Assembly: GCA_963720755.1 (NCBI GenBank)
Contig: CAVRGP010000011.1
Span: forward strand, 320,001 to 384,000
Reading direction: 5' to 3'
DNA from: an uncultured Chloroflexia bacterium
GTDB taxonomy: Bacteria; Chloroflexota; Limnocylindria; Limnocylindrales; CSP1-4
DNA length: 64,000 nucleotides
A program made the position numbers and the translations under genes. The notes under the pieces were generated by a model that searched no databases, was not told the DNA's origin, and worked only from the letters and a program-made list of their open reading frames with translations. Of this stretch, positions 41,169 through 51,387 are shown piece after piece. Every line of letters starts with the position of its first letter. Within the stretch, counting starts at the first letter, position 1.

Positions 41169-42710
41169 TTGGCCCACCCTGCGGAGGATCCGAAACCCGT
41201 GCAACTACGTGTCGCAACCGATCAGCCGTGGGACGTGCCCGCGGATGTCCTCATCGTCCCAGTCAAGGCCGACCCGGCCGTGGAGGGAGAACTCGGAGAA
41301 CTCGATCGGCGGGCCGCCGGTGAGATCCGGAACCTCGCCGATTTCGGCGAGCTGACCGGGAAGCGCTACGTCACGGCGCTGGCGGCGGGTGGCGAAACGA
41401 AAAGCGGTCGATTGCTGACGGTGTGCTTCGGTGACCCATCGAAGGTCGACCGCGAAACGGTGGTCCGGGTCGCGGCGTCGGCGGAGCGTCGCCTGGCCGG
41501 CAGGACCGTCAGGCGGGTCGCGGTGTGGCTCACGCCGCTGGCCGACGCGCTGGGTGGCGACGTCGCTGGCGTTGCCGAGCTCGTCACCCGCGGGATGGTC
41601 GAGGGCAGCTACGACCCACGGACGATCTACCGTGACGAGGTCGATCGAGTTCCTCCGATCCTGGAAGAACTGATCCTGGTCGCGCCAGGGGGCGATCGGG
41701 CCGCTGTCGCCGCCGGAGCCGAGCGCGGGATGATCATCGGCGAGGGTGCCAACATCGCCCGGACGCTCGCGAACCGCGCGGCGAACGATGTCAGTCCAGC
41801 CGTCCTCGCCGATGAAGCTCGTGACCTGGCCGAGCAGCATGGCCTGTGGATCGACGTCATCGACGCCCAGCGCGCGACCGAGATGGGGATGGGCATGTTC
41901 ATGGCGGTCGGTCGCGGCAGCGACAACCCGCCGAAGATGATCGTCATGCGATCCGGGGCCGAAGGCGCGCGCGACGCGCTCGACCGACACCTGGCCATCG
42001 TCGGCAAGGGCGTCTGCTTCGACTCGGGCGGGATCAGCATCAAGTCGGCCAACCACATGGAAGAGATGAAGATGGACAAGACCGGTGCGTGCACCGTGAT
42101 CGCGGCCATCGCCACCGTGGCCCGGCTTGCCCCCGGCACGCCCCTGCTCGCGCTGGCGCCGGCGGTCGAGAACATGCCCGGACCGCATTCCACCCGGCCC
42201 GGCGACATCGTCACCGCGCTCAACGGCAAGAAGGTCGACATCACCAACACCGATGCCGAGGGACGGCTCATCCTCGGCGACGCGCTGACCTACGCGGAGC
42301 GTCTCGGAGCGACTCATCTGGTCGATGTCGCGACCCTGACCGGAGCCGTATCGAGGGCCCTCGGCCACCTCGTGACCGGGGCGTTCGGGGCCCCGCAGGA
42401 CTTCTACGACGCGGTCATGGGGGCCGCCGATCGCGCAGGCGAGCGCTACTGGCAGTTGCCTCTGATCGATGACTACGTGCAGGAGATGGACAGCTGGTAC
42501 GGCGACCTCAAGAACTCCGGCACGCCAGAGGGTTCGCTGGTGAAGAGCGGCCTCTTCCTTCGAGAGTTCGTCACCAAGCCCTGGGTCCACCTCGACATCG
42601 CCGGGACCGGCTATTACACGAAGCCGCTGCCGTTCGCGCCCCGTGGCGCCAGCGGCTCGTCCCACGCCACCCTCGTCGAACTGGCCCTGGCCGGCTCGAA
42701 GGCCGGCTGA
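41169..42710 (+). CDS. pepA: leucyl aminopeptidase (M17)
   Basis: VGKGVCFDSGG.SIK, NTDAEGRL, DVATLTG, WVHLDIAG; start approximate. Confidence 0.93.
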   Translation: MAHPAEDPKPVQLRVATDQPWDVPADVLIVPVKADPAVEGELGELDRRAAGEIRNLADFGELTGKRYVTALAAGGETKSGRLLTVCFGDPSKVDRETVVRVAASAERRLAGRTVRRVAVWLTPLADALGGDVAGVAELVTRGMVEGSYDPRTIYRDEVDRVPPILEELILVAPGGDRAAVAAGAERGMIIGEGANIARTLANRAANDVSPAVLADEARDLAEQHGLWIDVIDAQRATEMGMGMFMAVGRGSDNPPKMIVMRSGAEGARDALDRHLAIVGKGVCFDSGGISIKSANHMEEMKMDKTGACTVIAAIATVARLAPGTPLLALAPAVENMPGPHSTRPGDIVTALNGKKVDITNTDAEGRLILGDALTYAERLGATHLVDVATLTGAVSRALGHLVTGAFGAPQDFYDAVMGAADRAGERYWQLPLIDDYVQEMDSWYGDLKNSGTPEGSLVKSGLFLREFVTKPWVHLDIAGTGYYTKPLPFAPRGASGSSHATLVELALAGSKAG

Positions 42711-42752
42711 CCGGGCCGGATCGAGGTCGGGGAGCGCTCGGGCAACCGCCAG

Positions 42753-43394
42753 ATGGATCCGCTGGACTGGGTCCTCGCCGCCGCCGGGGCGGCCCTTGGG
42801 GTTGCGGCCGATCGGTTCGCCACGCGCTGGCCGGAACATGACGAGGAACATCCGCCAGGTCGTCCGATCGATTGGCGAACGGCCACGGCCGGGATCGTCG
42901 GGGCGATCGCCTTCGGTCTGCTCACGCCACGCTTCGGTGGAGAACCGCTCGCGCTGATCCTCTTCGGCGCTTGGTTCGCGACCCTCGTGGTCGGCCTGGC
43001 GACGGACCTCGATCAGCGACTGCTGCCCGATGAGCTGACCCTGCCGGTGATCCCGATCGCACTGGTCTACGCGCTGAGTGGCCAGAACCCGCTGGTCGGC
43101 ACGGACGTGGTGCCGGCGATCGTGGCCGCGCTTGTCATCCCGGCGGTCCTGTACCTGCCGTCCATCCCGTTCGGAGCGGGGGCGTTCGGGATGGGCGATG
43201 TCAAACTGCTGGTCGGCGTCGGGCTGATGGCGGGTGGCAGCCGGGCCCTCGGCTCCGTGGTCTTCGCCCTGGTGCTGGCCGGCGTGGTCATCCTCGTCCT
43301 GCTCCTCGCCCGGCGGATCGGTCGTCGGACGTACATCCCGTTCGGGCCGTTCTTCATCCTGGGCGCGCTCTGGGCGGTTCTGATCCGGCTCTGA
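42753..43394 (+). CDS. prepilin peptidase (A24 family)
   Basis: TDLDQRLLPD, GMGDVKL, IPFGPF. Confidence 0.88.
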   Translation: MDPLDWVLAAAGAALGVAADRFATRWPEHDEEHPPGRPIDWRTATAGIVGAIAFGLLTPRFGGEPLALILFGAWFATLVVGLATDLDQRLLPDELTLPVIPIALVYALSGQNPLVGTDVVPAIVAALVIPAVLYLPSIPFGAGAFGMGDVKLLVGVGLMAGGSRALGSVVFALVLAGVVILVLLLARRIGRRTYIPFGPFFILGALWAVLIRL

Positions 43395-43600
43395 GCGGGC
43401 GGACGGTCAAGGCGCCCATCGACCCGGACATGCGGTCACCGGACGACCCGGACCATCGGCCCAGATGCCTGCTCGTATCCAGCGACTAGACTCCCCGAGT
43501 ATCATGCCCTGAGCCGGTGTCGTCCTGAGTACGTGCCACTTCGGACGGCGACTCACCGGCGGGCGTCGCCCGTCAGATACCGACGGCCCCCAAGCCGAAG

Positions 43601-45034
43601 GTGACAACGGAGTCCAGCTCGCACGATGACATCGCCTACGTGAAGCGCCACCTGACCGACCGACCGGTCGACTCGACCCCCCAGGGATGGAGTTCGGCCA
43701 CGGCGTCCGCATCCCCTCGTCGAGGGATCCGCCGCCGCCTCGGATCGATCCTGCTCCTCCTGCCCCTGGTGGTGGGCCTGCTGGGCGCGCCCGCGTCCCC
43801 GCAGAGTGCCCGCGGCGATGAACTATCCGACGCGAAGGCCCGCCAGGAACAGCTCAAGCGTGACGCCGCCAACCAGAAGGCGCAGATCGAGAAGCTACAG
43901 GCCCTCCAGGGTGGCCTCGCCGCCCAGATCCGCCAGACGACGGCCGAGCTGCACGGGATCAACGTCGACCTGACCCGGGTCAAGACCAAGATCGGGGTGA
44001 TGCAGGACCAGATCGGCGTCATCCAGGCGGACTACGACGGACTGGTCAGCCAGCTCGCAGCACTCGACACGAAGCTGGTCACGATCGAGGCGCGGGAGGC
44101 CGCCAAGCGGACCGAACTCGCCGACCGTGAGGCGATGCTGGCCGACCGGCTCCGGAGCGCCTACGACACCGACCGGACATCGATGCTCGAGTCATTCCTG
44201 TCGGGTGGGTCATTCACCGACCTGCTGGCCGAGATGAGCTACTACATCGACGTCGGCGAACAGGACAAGGCGCTGGCGACCCAGATCGCCCAGGACCAGT
44301 CGACCCTTGCGGCCTACCACCAGGAGACGGTCGACACTCGCGCCCAGACGGAAGACCTGCGAATACAGACGGCCGCCCAGAAGCGCGAGCTGGACAAGAG
44401 CCTCCTCGCGCTCAAGGACGCGAAGGCGCAACTCAGGTTGCTGTCCCGCCGGACGGCGGCCGCGCTGGCTGCCCAGAAGCAGGCGTACGCGACGATCGCC
44501 CGGAACAAGGCCGCGGCGCGGGCGGCGCTGGCCAAGGCCGCGGCCGCCCAGAAGAAGCTGCAAGACCAGATCGATGCCCTCATCCGCAAGCGCGCCGCGC
44601 AGGGGAACATCCCGTCCATCTACAACGGCACCCTGAGCTGGCCGATGAGCGGCGACGTCACCCAGAACTTCGGTTGTACCGGATTCTCATGGGAGCCGCC
44701 GTTCGGGTCGTGTGCGCACTACCACAACGGGATCGATATCGTGGCTCCGTACGGAACGCCGGTGAAGTCGTCCGGCGACGGGACCGTTGCGTACTGCGGC
44801 TGGAACTATGCGGACGGCCCCGACCCGGCCTGGATCGTCATCATCGCGCACAGTTCGAACCTCCAGACCTGGTATGCCCACATGACGCCGAGTTGCCCCG
44901 TCCGCGCGGGCGGCCACGTCAACCAGGGTCAGGTGATCGGCCACGAGGGCAATACGGGACACTCGACCGGAGCGCATCTCCACTGGGGCGTCCGGCTCAA
45001 CAACGATTTCGTGAACCCGCGCCTGTTCCTCTAG
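43601..45034 (+). CDS. M23 peptidase with long coiled coil (peptidoglycan hydrolase)
   Basis: TM/signal, coiled coil, HNGID, YAH, GNTGHSTGAHLH; start uncertain. Confidence 0.9.
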   Translation: MTTESSSHDDIAYVKRHLTDRPVDSTPQGWSSATASASPRRGIRRRLGSILLLLPLVVGLLGAPASPQSARGDELSDAKARQEQLKRDAANQKAQIEKLQALQGGLAAQIRQTTAELHGINVDLTRVKTKIGVMQDQIGVIQADYDGLVSQLAALDTKLVTIEAREAAKRTELADREAMLADRLRSAYDTDRTSMLESFLSGGSFTDLLAEMSYYIDVGEQDKALATQIAQDQSTLAAYHQETVDTRAQTEDLRIQTAAQKRELDKSLLALKDAKAQLRLLSRRTAAALAAQKQAYATIARNKAAARAALAKAAAAQKKLQDQIDALIRKRAAQGNIPSIYNGTLSWPMSGDVTQNFGCTGFSWEPPFGSCAHYHNGIDIVAPYGTPVKSSGDGTVAYCGWNYADGPDPAWIVIIAHSSNLQTWYAHMTPSCPVRAGGHVNQGQVIGHEGNTGHSTGAHLHWGVRLNNDFVNPRLFL

Positions 45035-45177
45035 AGCAGACCTTCGGCCTGGCCGGCTCTTCCCGGGTCGATCGTCGCTCGACGCCGCGCTACGACCCAT
45101 CTCCGGTCGGCTCCGGTTGACGAGATGTCAACGCCACGTTGATGTCCGCGCCGGACCGCCCGTGCTAGCATCCGATC

Positions 45178-46539
45178 GTGAAGCGGACGATGGCGGTGAT
45201 CCTCGCAGGCGGCGAGGGTGAGCGTCTCTCGATCCTGTCGCAGGAACGGGCCAAGCCGGCCGTGCCCTTCGGCGGGAAGTACCGGATCATCGACTTCACC
45301 CTGTCGAACTGCGTCAACTCGGACATCGACGACGTCGTGGTCCTGACCCAGTACAACCCCCGCTCCTTGAACGACCATATCGGTCTCGGCCGACCCTGGG
45401 ATCTCGACCGCAGCCGGGGTGGGGTCAAGCTGCTCCAGCCCTACATCTCGCGCGGGCGAGTCGCGGAGTGGTATGGCGGGACGGCCGACGCTGTGCTCCG
45501 AAACCTCGACGTGCTGGAGCACTACCCAGCCGACGTCATCCTCGTGCTGGCTGGCGACCACATCTACAAGATGGACTATCAACCGTTCGTCGCCGCCCAC
45601 CGCCGGCGCCGAGCCGACGTCACGATCGCCGTCCGCCGGGTCCCATTGGCCGAGGCTCCGCGGATGGGGATCCTCGCGCTGGACGAGAACGACCGGGTCA
45701 TCGACTGGCAGGAGAAGCCGAAGCAACCCAAGAGCGATCTGGCGTCGATGGGCGTGTACGTCTTCTCCAAGAAGACGCTCCGCCGATGGCTGTCGGACGA
45801 TCGAGTGGATTTCGGGTCACACGTCATCCCGGCGATGCTGGCGGCCGACGCACGAGTCTTCGGCTATCGCTACAGCGGCTACTGGCAGGACGTCGGGACG
45901 ATCCAGTCGTTCTGGGAGACGAATATGGCGCTCCTCGACGACGACCCCGAGCTGGACCTGTACGACAAGGAATGGATCGTCCACACCCGGTCCGAGGAGC
46001 GCGCCCCGGCCAAGATCGGCTCCACGGCCCAGGTCCATCGGAGCCTCATCAGCCACGGCTGCGTCATCTCCGGGACCGTCGTGAACTCGGTCCTGTCGCC
46101 CGGTGTCCGGGTCGACGTCGGGGCGGTCGTGCGAGACTCGATCATCATGTTCGACTCGGTCATCCGATCCGGGGCGGTGGTCGATCGGGCGATCCTCGAC
46201 AAGGAGGTCGTCGTCGGCCCCGGAGCGATCGTGGGCGAGGGCCCCTTCCCCGATCGACCCAACAAGCAGGAGCCGGGCCGCCTCAATACCGGGATCAGCG
46301 TCATCGGCAAGCGAGCCGTGGTTCCCCGTGGCGTCCGGATCGGACGGAATGTGCGGATCGCTGCCGATGTCCGCGCGACCGACTACACGGGCCGCGTCGT
46401 GGCCAGCGGCGAGTCCGTCGATGTTCGCCGGGGTCGGAAGGACAGTCGGACACGGCGAGCGCAGACTGCCTCGGCCGACCCCGACACCTCCGGCGATGGT
46501 CAGCCCGATCCGGCTCGGCGGGCCGTCGGCGACCACTGA
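45178..46539 (+). CDS. glgC: glucose-1-phosphate adenylyltransferase
   Basis: [49 protein letters not shown]. Confidence 0.96.
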   Translation: MKRTMAVILAGGEGERLSILSQERAKPAVPFGGKYRIIDFTLSNCVNSDIDDVVVLTQYNPRSLNDHIGLGRPWDLDRSRGGVKLLQPYISRGRVAEWYGGTADAVLRNLDVLEHYPADVILVLAGDHIYKMDYQPFVAAHRRRRADVTIAVRRVPLAEAPRMGILALDENDRVIDWQEKPKQPKSDLASMGVYVFSKKTLRRWLSDDRVDFGSHVIPAMLAADARVFGYRYSGYWQDVGTIQSFWETNMALLDDDPELDLYDKEWIVHTRSEERAPAKIGSTAQVHRSLISHGCVISGTVVNSVLSPGVRVDVGAVVRDSIIMFDSVIRSGAVVDRAILDKEVVVGPGAIVGEGPFPDRPNKQEPGRLNTGISVIGKRAVVPRGVRIGRNVRIAADVRATDYTGRVVASGESVDVRRGRKDSRTRRAQTASADPDTSGDGQPDPARRAVGDH

Positions 46540-46585
46540 CACGGCGACGGTCGTCCGGAGCGATCTCGGCTAGACTCCGCGAGCC

Positions 46586-47113
46586 ATGCCATCCGCCGAC
46601 CCAGGCGCGCCGAGCGTGCGCCCGGCCGATGTCGAAGGCTGGCTCGCGGGCCTCGGGCTGACGCCCACCGACCGAGCCGACCGCGACGGGATCACCAGCT
46701 GGGATCTCGTCCTCGACGGACGCCGCCGCTTCGACCTCCGCGTCACCGTCATCCTGGATCCTGCCCTGGCCCTCATCTGCTGGGCGCAGTACGCGCCTCC
46801 GATCAGCGACATGTTCCGCAAGTCGTATCGCCGCCTTCTGCGCTGGAACGACGAATTCCCATTCGCGAAGTTCTCGATCTCGGAGGACGAACGTCCCGTG
46901 CTCGCCGTCGAGATCCCGAGCGCCGAGGCAGGGGAGGACGCCCTGGGCCTCGCCATCGCGCGCATCCTCGGGATCGCCGACCATCTGCTCGATGAATCCG
47001 TCGACTGGCTCTGGCTGGGCGGTCGGATGCCCGACCCGGGCGACCGCAGGTCGGCCAACGAGCCGTTCCTCGAGCGCTACGCGGCGCGGCTCCCGGAGCT
47101 GTTGCGGTCGTGA
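46586..47113 (+). CDS. YbjN-like domain protein
   Basis: YRRLLRWNDEFPFAKFSI pattern; position in operon. Confidence 0.65.
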   Translation: MPSADPGAPSVRPADVEGWLAGLGLTPTDRADRDGITSWDLVLDGRRRFDLRVTVILDPALALICWAQYAPPISDMFRKSYRRLLRWNDEFPFAKFSISEDERPVLAVEIPSAEAGEDALGLAIARILGIADHLLDESVDWLWLGGRMPDPGDRRSANEPFLERYAARLPELLRS

Positions 47114-49161
47114 TCCGTCGGCTCACCATCGGGATCCTCGCGCTCATCGCGGCAGGAGGTTGGCTGATCTCGCCGTCCGGCGTGGCCGAGGTCCGCGCGG
47201 CCACGCCGGACCTGACGATCGTCAGCGGCGCGACGTACGACGTGCAGCCCGACCACCATCGCGTCCGCGTCACCCTCGACATGACTCTCGTCAACCATCT
47301 GCACGACACGCGGACGAAGCGGTTCTACTTCGACCGCGCGGTGCTCGTCGTCCCGCCGGGTGCATCGGGCGCAAAGCTGACCTGGGCGGGTGCCGGGAGT
47401 CCGCGCGCCGTCATCACCCACCGCTCCAAGACCTCGACGACGATCCAGCTCGACCTGGCGCAGCGCCTGTATAGCGGCAGATCGGCGGCCTACCGGCTGG
47501 TGTTCGAGATCGTCGACCCGGGTGGTGCGAGTACGAGGGCGGTCCGGATCGGGAGTTCGCTCGTCAGGTTCCCGGTCTGGGCGTTCGCCACCAACGACAC
47601 CTCCGGCAGCACCGTCCGGGTCGTCTTCCCGACGGGTTTCCAGGTGACCGTCGCGTCGGGCGACATCCCGGCGCCGACGACCGACCAGAGCGGCCAGACG
47701 GTCTTCCAGACCGGCAGACTCAAGACACCGCTGACGTTCTTCGCCTACCTCGTGGCCGATCGACCCGGCGCCACGACCGTCCGGGTGGTCCAGACCACCG
47801 TCGCGTCGACACCGGTCGCCCTGTCCATCCGGTCGTGGGCCGACGATCCGGCCTGGTCGAAGCGCGTCGGCAGCCTGGTCCGGCGTGCACTGCCGTTGCT
47901 GGCCGAGCGGATCGGCCTGGCCTGGCCCCGCGACGGCGGACTGGTCGTCAGCGAGGCCCTCGGCCGTTCCACGGGTGGCTATGCCGGCCTGTTCGACCCC
48001 GTCGCCGGGACGATCGACGTCGCCTACGATGCGGCCGACGAGGTCGTCGTCCATGAGTCGGCGCATGCCTGGTTCAACGGCGGCCTGCTGGCCGATCGCT
48101 GGGCGAACGAGGGGTTCGCCTCCTACTACGCCCTCGACGCCGCAACCGACCTCAAGGTCAAGGTGGACCCAGCGACCGATGCCCTGACGCCCGAGATCGA
48201 CGCGGCGCGGATCCCGCTGAACGCCTGGGGCCCCGTCGGTAAAGTCGACCGGGCGACCGAGGACTACGGCTATGCCGCGAGCCTCGAACTCGCCCGGGCC
48301 ATCGCCACGCGGGCTGGGCCGGACGCCCTTCGCGCCGTGTGGTCCGATGCCGCGGCCGGGATCGGGGCCTATCAGCCGATCACCCCAGGCGATGCCCGTG
48401 GTTCAGCCGCCGGGTCGGCCGGCCCACCGGAGACCGTCAATTCGGCTCCGGACTGGCGTGGCTTGCTGGACTTGCTCGAGGAGCGGACCGGCACGTCGTT
48501 CACGGATCTGTGGCGGACCTGGATCGCCCGGGATTCTGACCTCGCCCTCATCGACCAGCGGACCGCCGCCAGGGCGCGATACGTGGCTCTGCTGTCGACG
48601 GCCGGCGACTGGCCGATCCCCAGGGCCGTCCGGGATGCCCTGCGGGCCTGGCGATTCGACGACGCGATGACCCTGATGGCCGACGTCGAAGGGGTGCTCG
48701 CGAGCCGCAACGAGATCACGGCCCGCGCCACCGCCATCGGGCTATCCGCCCCCGAAACCCTCCACAAGGTGTACGCGCAGCCAGACGGCGTCGCTGCCGC
48801 CGCCATTGAGGCTCGAGCGGAGATGCTGGCGATCGACCGATATGCGGCTGCCCAGGCGGCGCGTCCTTCGACGCCAGGGATGTTCGAGGAGATCGGTCTG
48901 TGGGGGTCGGATCCTGACAGTGACCTGGCTCGGTCACGAACCCAGTTCGCGGCCGGCGACCTATCGGATTCGACAGCGTCGTCCGCGTCCGCGGCGGCCG
49001 CATGGTCCGGTGCTGCCGAGCTCGGTCGCGGCCGGGCGATCAGCCTGGTCGTCCTGTTCGTTGCGATCCTGTTCGCGGTCGTTCTTGCCGGTGCCGCATT
49101 CCGCGGGCGTCGCCGACGACGGCGCGCGGATCGCGTCGTCTGGCCGGACCTCAGGCGGTGA
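47110..49161 (+). CDS. secreted, C-terminally anchored gluzincin (M1-like) metallopeptidase
   Basis: signal peptide; VHESAHAWF..WANEGFA; C-terminal TM helix and Arg tail. Confidence 0.78.
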   Translation: MIRRLTIGILALIAAGGWLISPSGVAEVRAATPDLTIVSGATYDVQPDHHRVRVTLDMTLVNHLHDTRTKRFYFDRAVLVVPPGASGAKLTWAGAGSPRAVITHRSKTSTTIQLDLAQRLYSGRSAAYRLVFEIVDPGGASTRAVRIGSSLVRFPVWAFATNDTSGSTVRVVFPTGFQVTVASGDIPAPTTDQSGQTVFQTGRLKTPLTFFAYLVADRPGATTVRVVQTTVASTPVALSIRSWADDPAWSKRVGSLVRRALPLLAERIGLAWPRDGGLVVSEALGRSTGGYAGLFDPVAGTIDVAYDAADEVVVHESAHAWFNGGLLADRWANEGFASYYALDAATDLKVKVDPATDALTPEIDAARIPLNAWGPVGKVDRATEDYGYAASLELARAIATRAGPDALRAVWSDAAAGIGAYQPITPGDARGSAAGSAGPPETVNSAPDWRGLLDLLEERTGTSFTDLWRTWIARDSDLALIDQRTAARARYVALLSTAGDWPIPRAVRDALRAWRFDDAMTLMADVEGVLASRNEITARATAIGLSAPETLHKVYAQPDGVAAAAIEARAEMLAIDRYAAAQAARPSTPGMFEEIGLWGSDPDSDLARSRTQFAAGDLSDSTASSASAAAAWSGAAELGRGRAISLVVLFVAILFAVVLAGAAFRGRRRRRRADRVVWPDLRR

Positions 49162-49315
49162 CCAGGCGACCCTGCCGGCGCTTCCGCCGGCCGCAGGTCA
49201 TCGCTGTCGCTGCCATCGGGAACGGTGGGCCGTGCGCTACACTCGCCGCCACGCCGGATCCGCTCGAGCGAGACGAGGCTGGAGTGTCAGGCGGAATGGG
49301 AGCGGAGCCGGACTG

Positions 49316-50344
49316 ATGGGCCTGTCGCGCTCGCGACCGTCGCACGAGATCCTGTCGGGCGATTCAGCCGATGTCTATTTCGCACGGGCTGAGACGATCC
49401 TCGCCGAAGAGGGGCTCGATCCGCTCGTGACGATGGAGGTCTTCACCCGCCAGGACGGCGTGCTGTGCGGGATCGATGAGGCCCGCAACCTGCTGGGCCA
49501 CGTCCTCGCCGGCGCCGACCCGGCCGAGACCTGCCTGGAAGCGCTCAAGGACGGGGACGTCATCGGGCCGAAGGAGATCGTCCTTCGGATCCAGGCTCGC
49601 TACCGGCAGTTCGGCCTGTACGAGACGGCGTTCCTCGGGATGCTCGCCCAGTCGACCGGCTGGGCCACGGCCGCGCGCCGGTGCGTCGAGGCCGCCGCGC
49701 CCGAACCGGTCATCAGTTTCGGGGCGCGCCACGTTCACCCCGACATCACCGACGTCCTCGACTACGCGGCGATCGTCGGCGGTTGCGTCGGAGCATCGAC
49801 GCCGGCCGGAGCCCGCCTCGCCGGCCTCGCCCCGACCGGCACCATGCCGCATTCCCTCGTGCTCATCTTCGGCGACACCGTCGATGCCGCCGTCGCGTTC
49901 GATCGACATGTCGACCCGGACGTACCCCGGATCGTGCTCGTGGATACGTTCAAGGACGAGGCCGAGGAGGCGCTCCGCGTTGCCCAGGCTTTGGGCGATC
50001 GACTGTACGGCGTCCGCCTCGACACGCCATCCGAGCGTGGTCGCGTGACGCCGGACCTCGTCCATGAGGTCCGCGCCCGCCTCGACCAGGCCGGTTTCCG
50101 GCACGTCAAGGTGACCGTGTCCGGTGGCCTCACGCCGGATCGCATCCGCTTCTTCAAGGAGGCCGGCGCGCCGGTCGACTCGTATGCGGTCGGCACGTTC
50201 ATCAGCGGGGCGACACCGATCGACTTCACCGGCGACATCAAGGAGATCGACGGCCGGCCGATCGCCAAACGTGGCCGCATCCCCGGACGGACCGACGCGC
50301 CCCGCCTCGAGGCGGTCGACCTGGCGGCATACCGCGACGGCTGA
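49316..50344 (+). CDS. pncB: nicotinate phosphoribosyltransferase
   Basis: DVYF, SFGARH, GTMPH, LVDTF, VRLDTP, VSGG, KRGR. Confidence 0.88.
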   Translation: MGLSRSRPSHEILSGDSADVYFARAETILAEEGLDPLVTMEVFTRQDGVLCGIDEARNLLGHVLAGADPAETCLEALKDGDVIGPKEIVLRIQARYRQFGLYETAFLGMLAQSTGWATAARRCVEAAAPEPVISFGARHVHPDITDVLDYAAIVGGCVGASTPAGARLAGLAPTGTMPHSLVLIFGDTVDAAVAFDRHVDPDVPRIVLVDTFKDEAEEALRVAQALGDRLYGVRLDTPSERGRVTPDLVHEVRARLDQAGFRHVKVTVSGGLTPDRIRFFKEAGAPVDSYAVGTFISGATPIDFTGDIKEIDGRPIAKRGRIPGRTDAPRLEAVDLAAYRDG

Positions 50345-50348
50345 ACCG

Positions 50349-50786
50349 ATGGCGGGCGAGCGTTCCGAGGACGAACACGACCGAGAAGCGGCCTACGACC
50401 TCCTGCAGCGTGGCCGAGCGTTCATCGCCGATCGGCATCACGCTCAGGCGGCGATCGTGCTGGAACGGGCCGATCGGCTCGAGCCGCGCAAGGGCTCGAT
50501 CCTCGAGGCGCTCGGCCAGGCGTACTTCAACTCCGGCCAGGTGGAGCGGGCGAGTGCGACGTTCGAGGCGTTGCTCGAGATCGATCCGTCGTCGCACTAC
50601 GGTCACTACGGGCTGGGCCAGAGTCTCAAGCGACTCGGGCGGCGCGCGGAGGCGCGCACCCACCTTCGGCTCGCGGTCGCCCTCAGTCCCGAGACGAGCC
50701 TCTACCGCGACGCCCTGGCCCGGCTCGGGCCAAGCCCGGAGGTCGGCGGCCGCCCGACCGGCCCGTCTACGAGCGAGTCGCCCTGA
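50349..50786 (+). CDS. tetratricopeptide repeat protein
   Basis: TPR helices (EALGQAYF, YGLGQSL). Confidence 0.85.
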   Translation: MAGERSEDEHDREAAYDLLQRGRAFIADRHHAQAAIVLERADRLEPRKGSILEALGQAYFNSGQVERASATFEALLEIDPSSHYGHYGLGQSLKRLGRRAEARTHLRLAVALSPETSLYRDALARLGPSPEVGGRPTGPSTSESP

Positions 50787-51387
50787 TCCTCGCGACCATC
50801 AACAGGCCGACCAGGGTCTTGGCGTCACGGAACTCGCCCCGGTCCGCGGCCGCAAGCGCCGCATCCCAGGGAAGACGCTCGAGGATGAGTCGCTCATCCG
50901 GATCCGGGTGGAGCCGTTCGCCGTCCGCCGCGCGGAGGTCCGTCGCCAGGTACAGGTGCATCAACTCCGACGCGAAGCCGGGCGCCGTGTAGAAGCGACC
51001 AACGAGCTGCCACGAACCGGCGCGGGCCCCGGTCTCCTCCTCGAGTTCGCGCCGCGCGGCCCCGTCGGGGTCCTCGACGGATCCATCCGGGGCCAGGTCG
51101 AGCGTCCCTGCCGGGATCTCCAGCAGCGCCTCGCCGACGGCGAGCCGGTACTGGCGAACAAGCAGAACCTGATCCTCATCGTCGATGGCGACGATCGCGA
51201 CCGCGCCCGGGTGGCCGGCGATCTCGCGCGTCGCCCGGGTCCCGTCGGCGTGCTCGATCGTGTCGACGCGGAAGGTCAGGAACCGCCCGCGGTGAACGAC
51301 CCGGGAGTCGACCACGCGCTCGGTCAGATCGGCCCCGGAGGGATCCTCCGGGGCCGATGGGTCGCGCGTCGGCTGGTCGTCGTTCAG
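50767..51387 (-). CDS. NUDIX hydrolase (ADP-ribose pyrophosphatase-like)
   Basis: HPGAV, RQYR, EIPAG, ARRELEEETG, DAKT; start uncertain (CTG 51387 overlapping the upstream stop, or GTG 51315). Confidence 0.88.
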   Translation of the reverse strand: MNDDQPTRDPSAPEDPSGADLTERVVDSRVVHRGRFLTFRVDTIEHADGTRATREIAGHPGAVAIVAIDDEDQVLLVRQYRLAVGEALLEIPAGTLDLAPDGSVEDPDGAARRELEEETGARAGSWQLVGRFYTAPGFASELMHLYLATDLRAADGERLHPDPDERLILERLPWDAALAAADRGEFRDAKTLVGLLMVARIRATRS

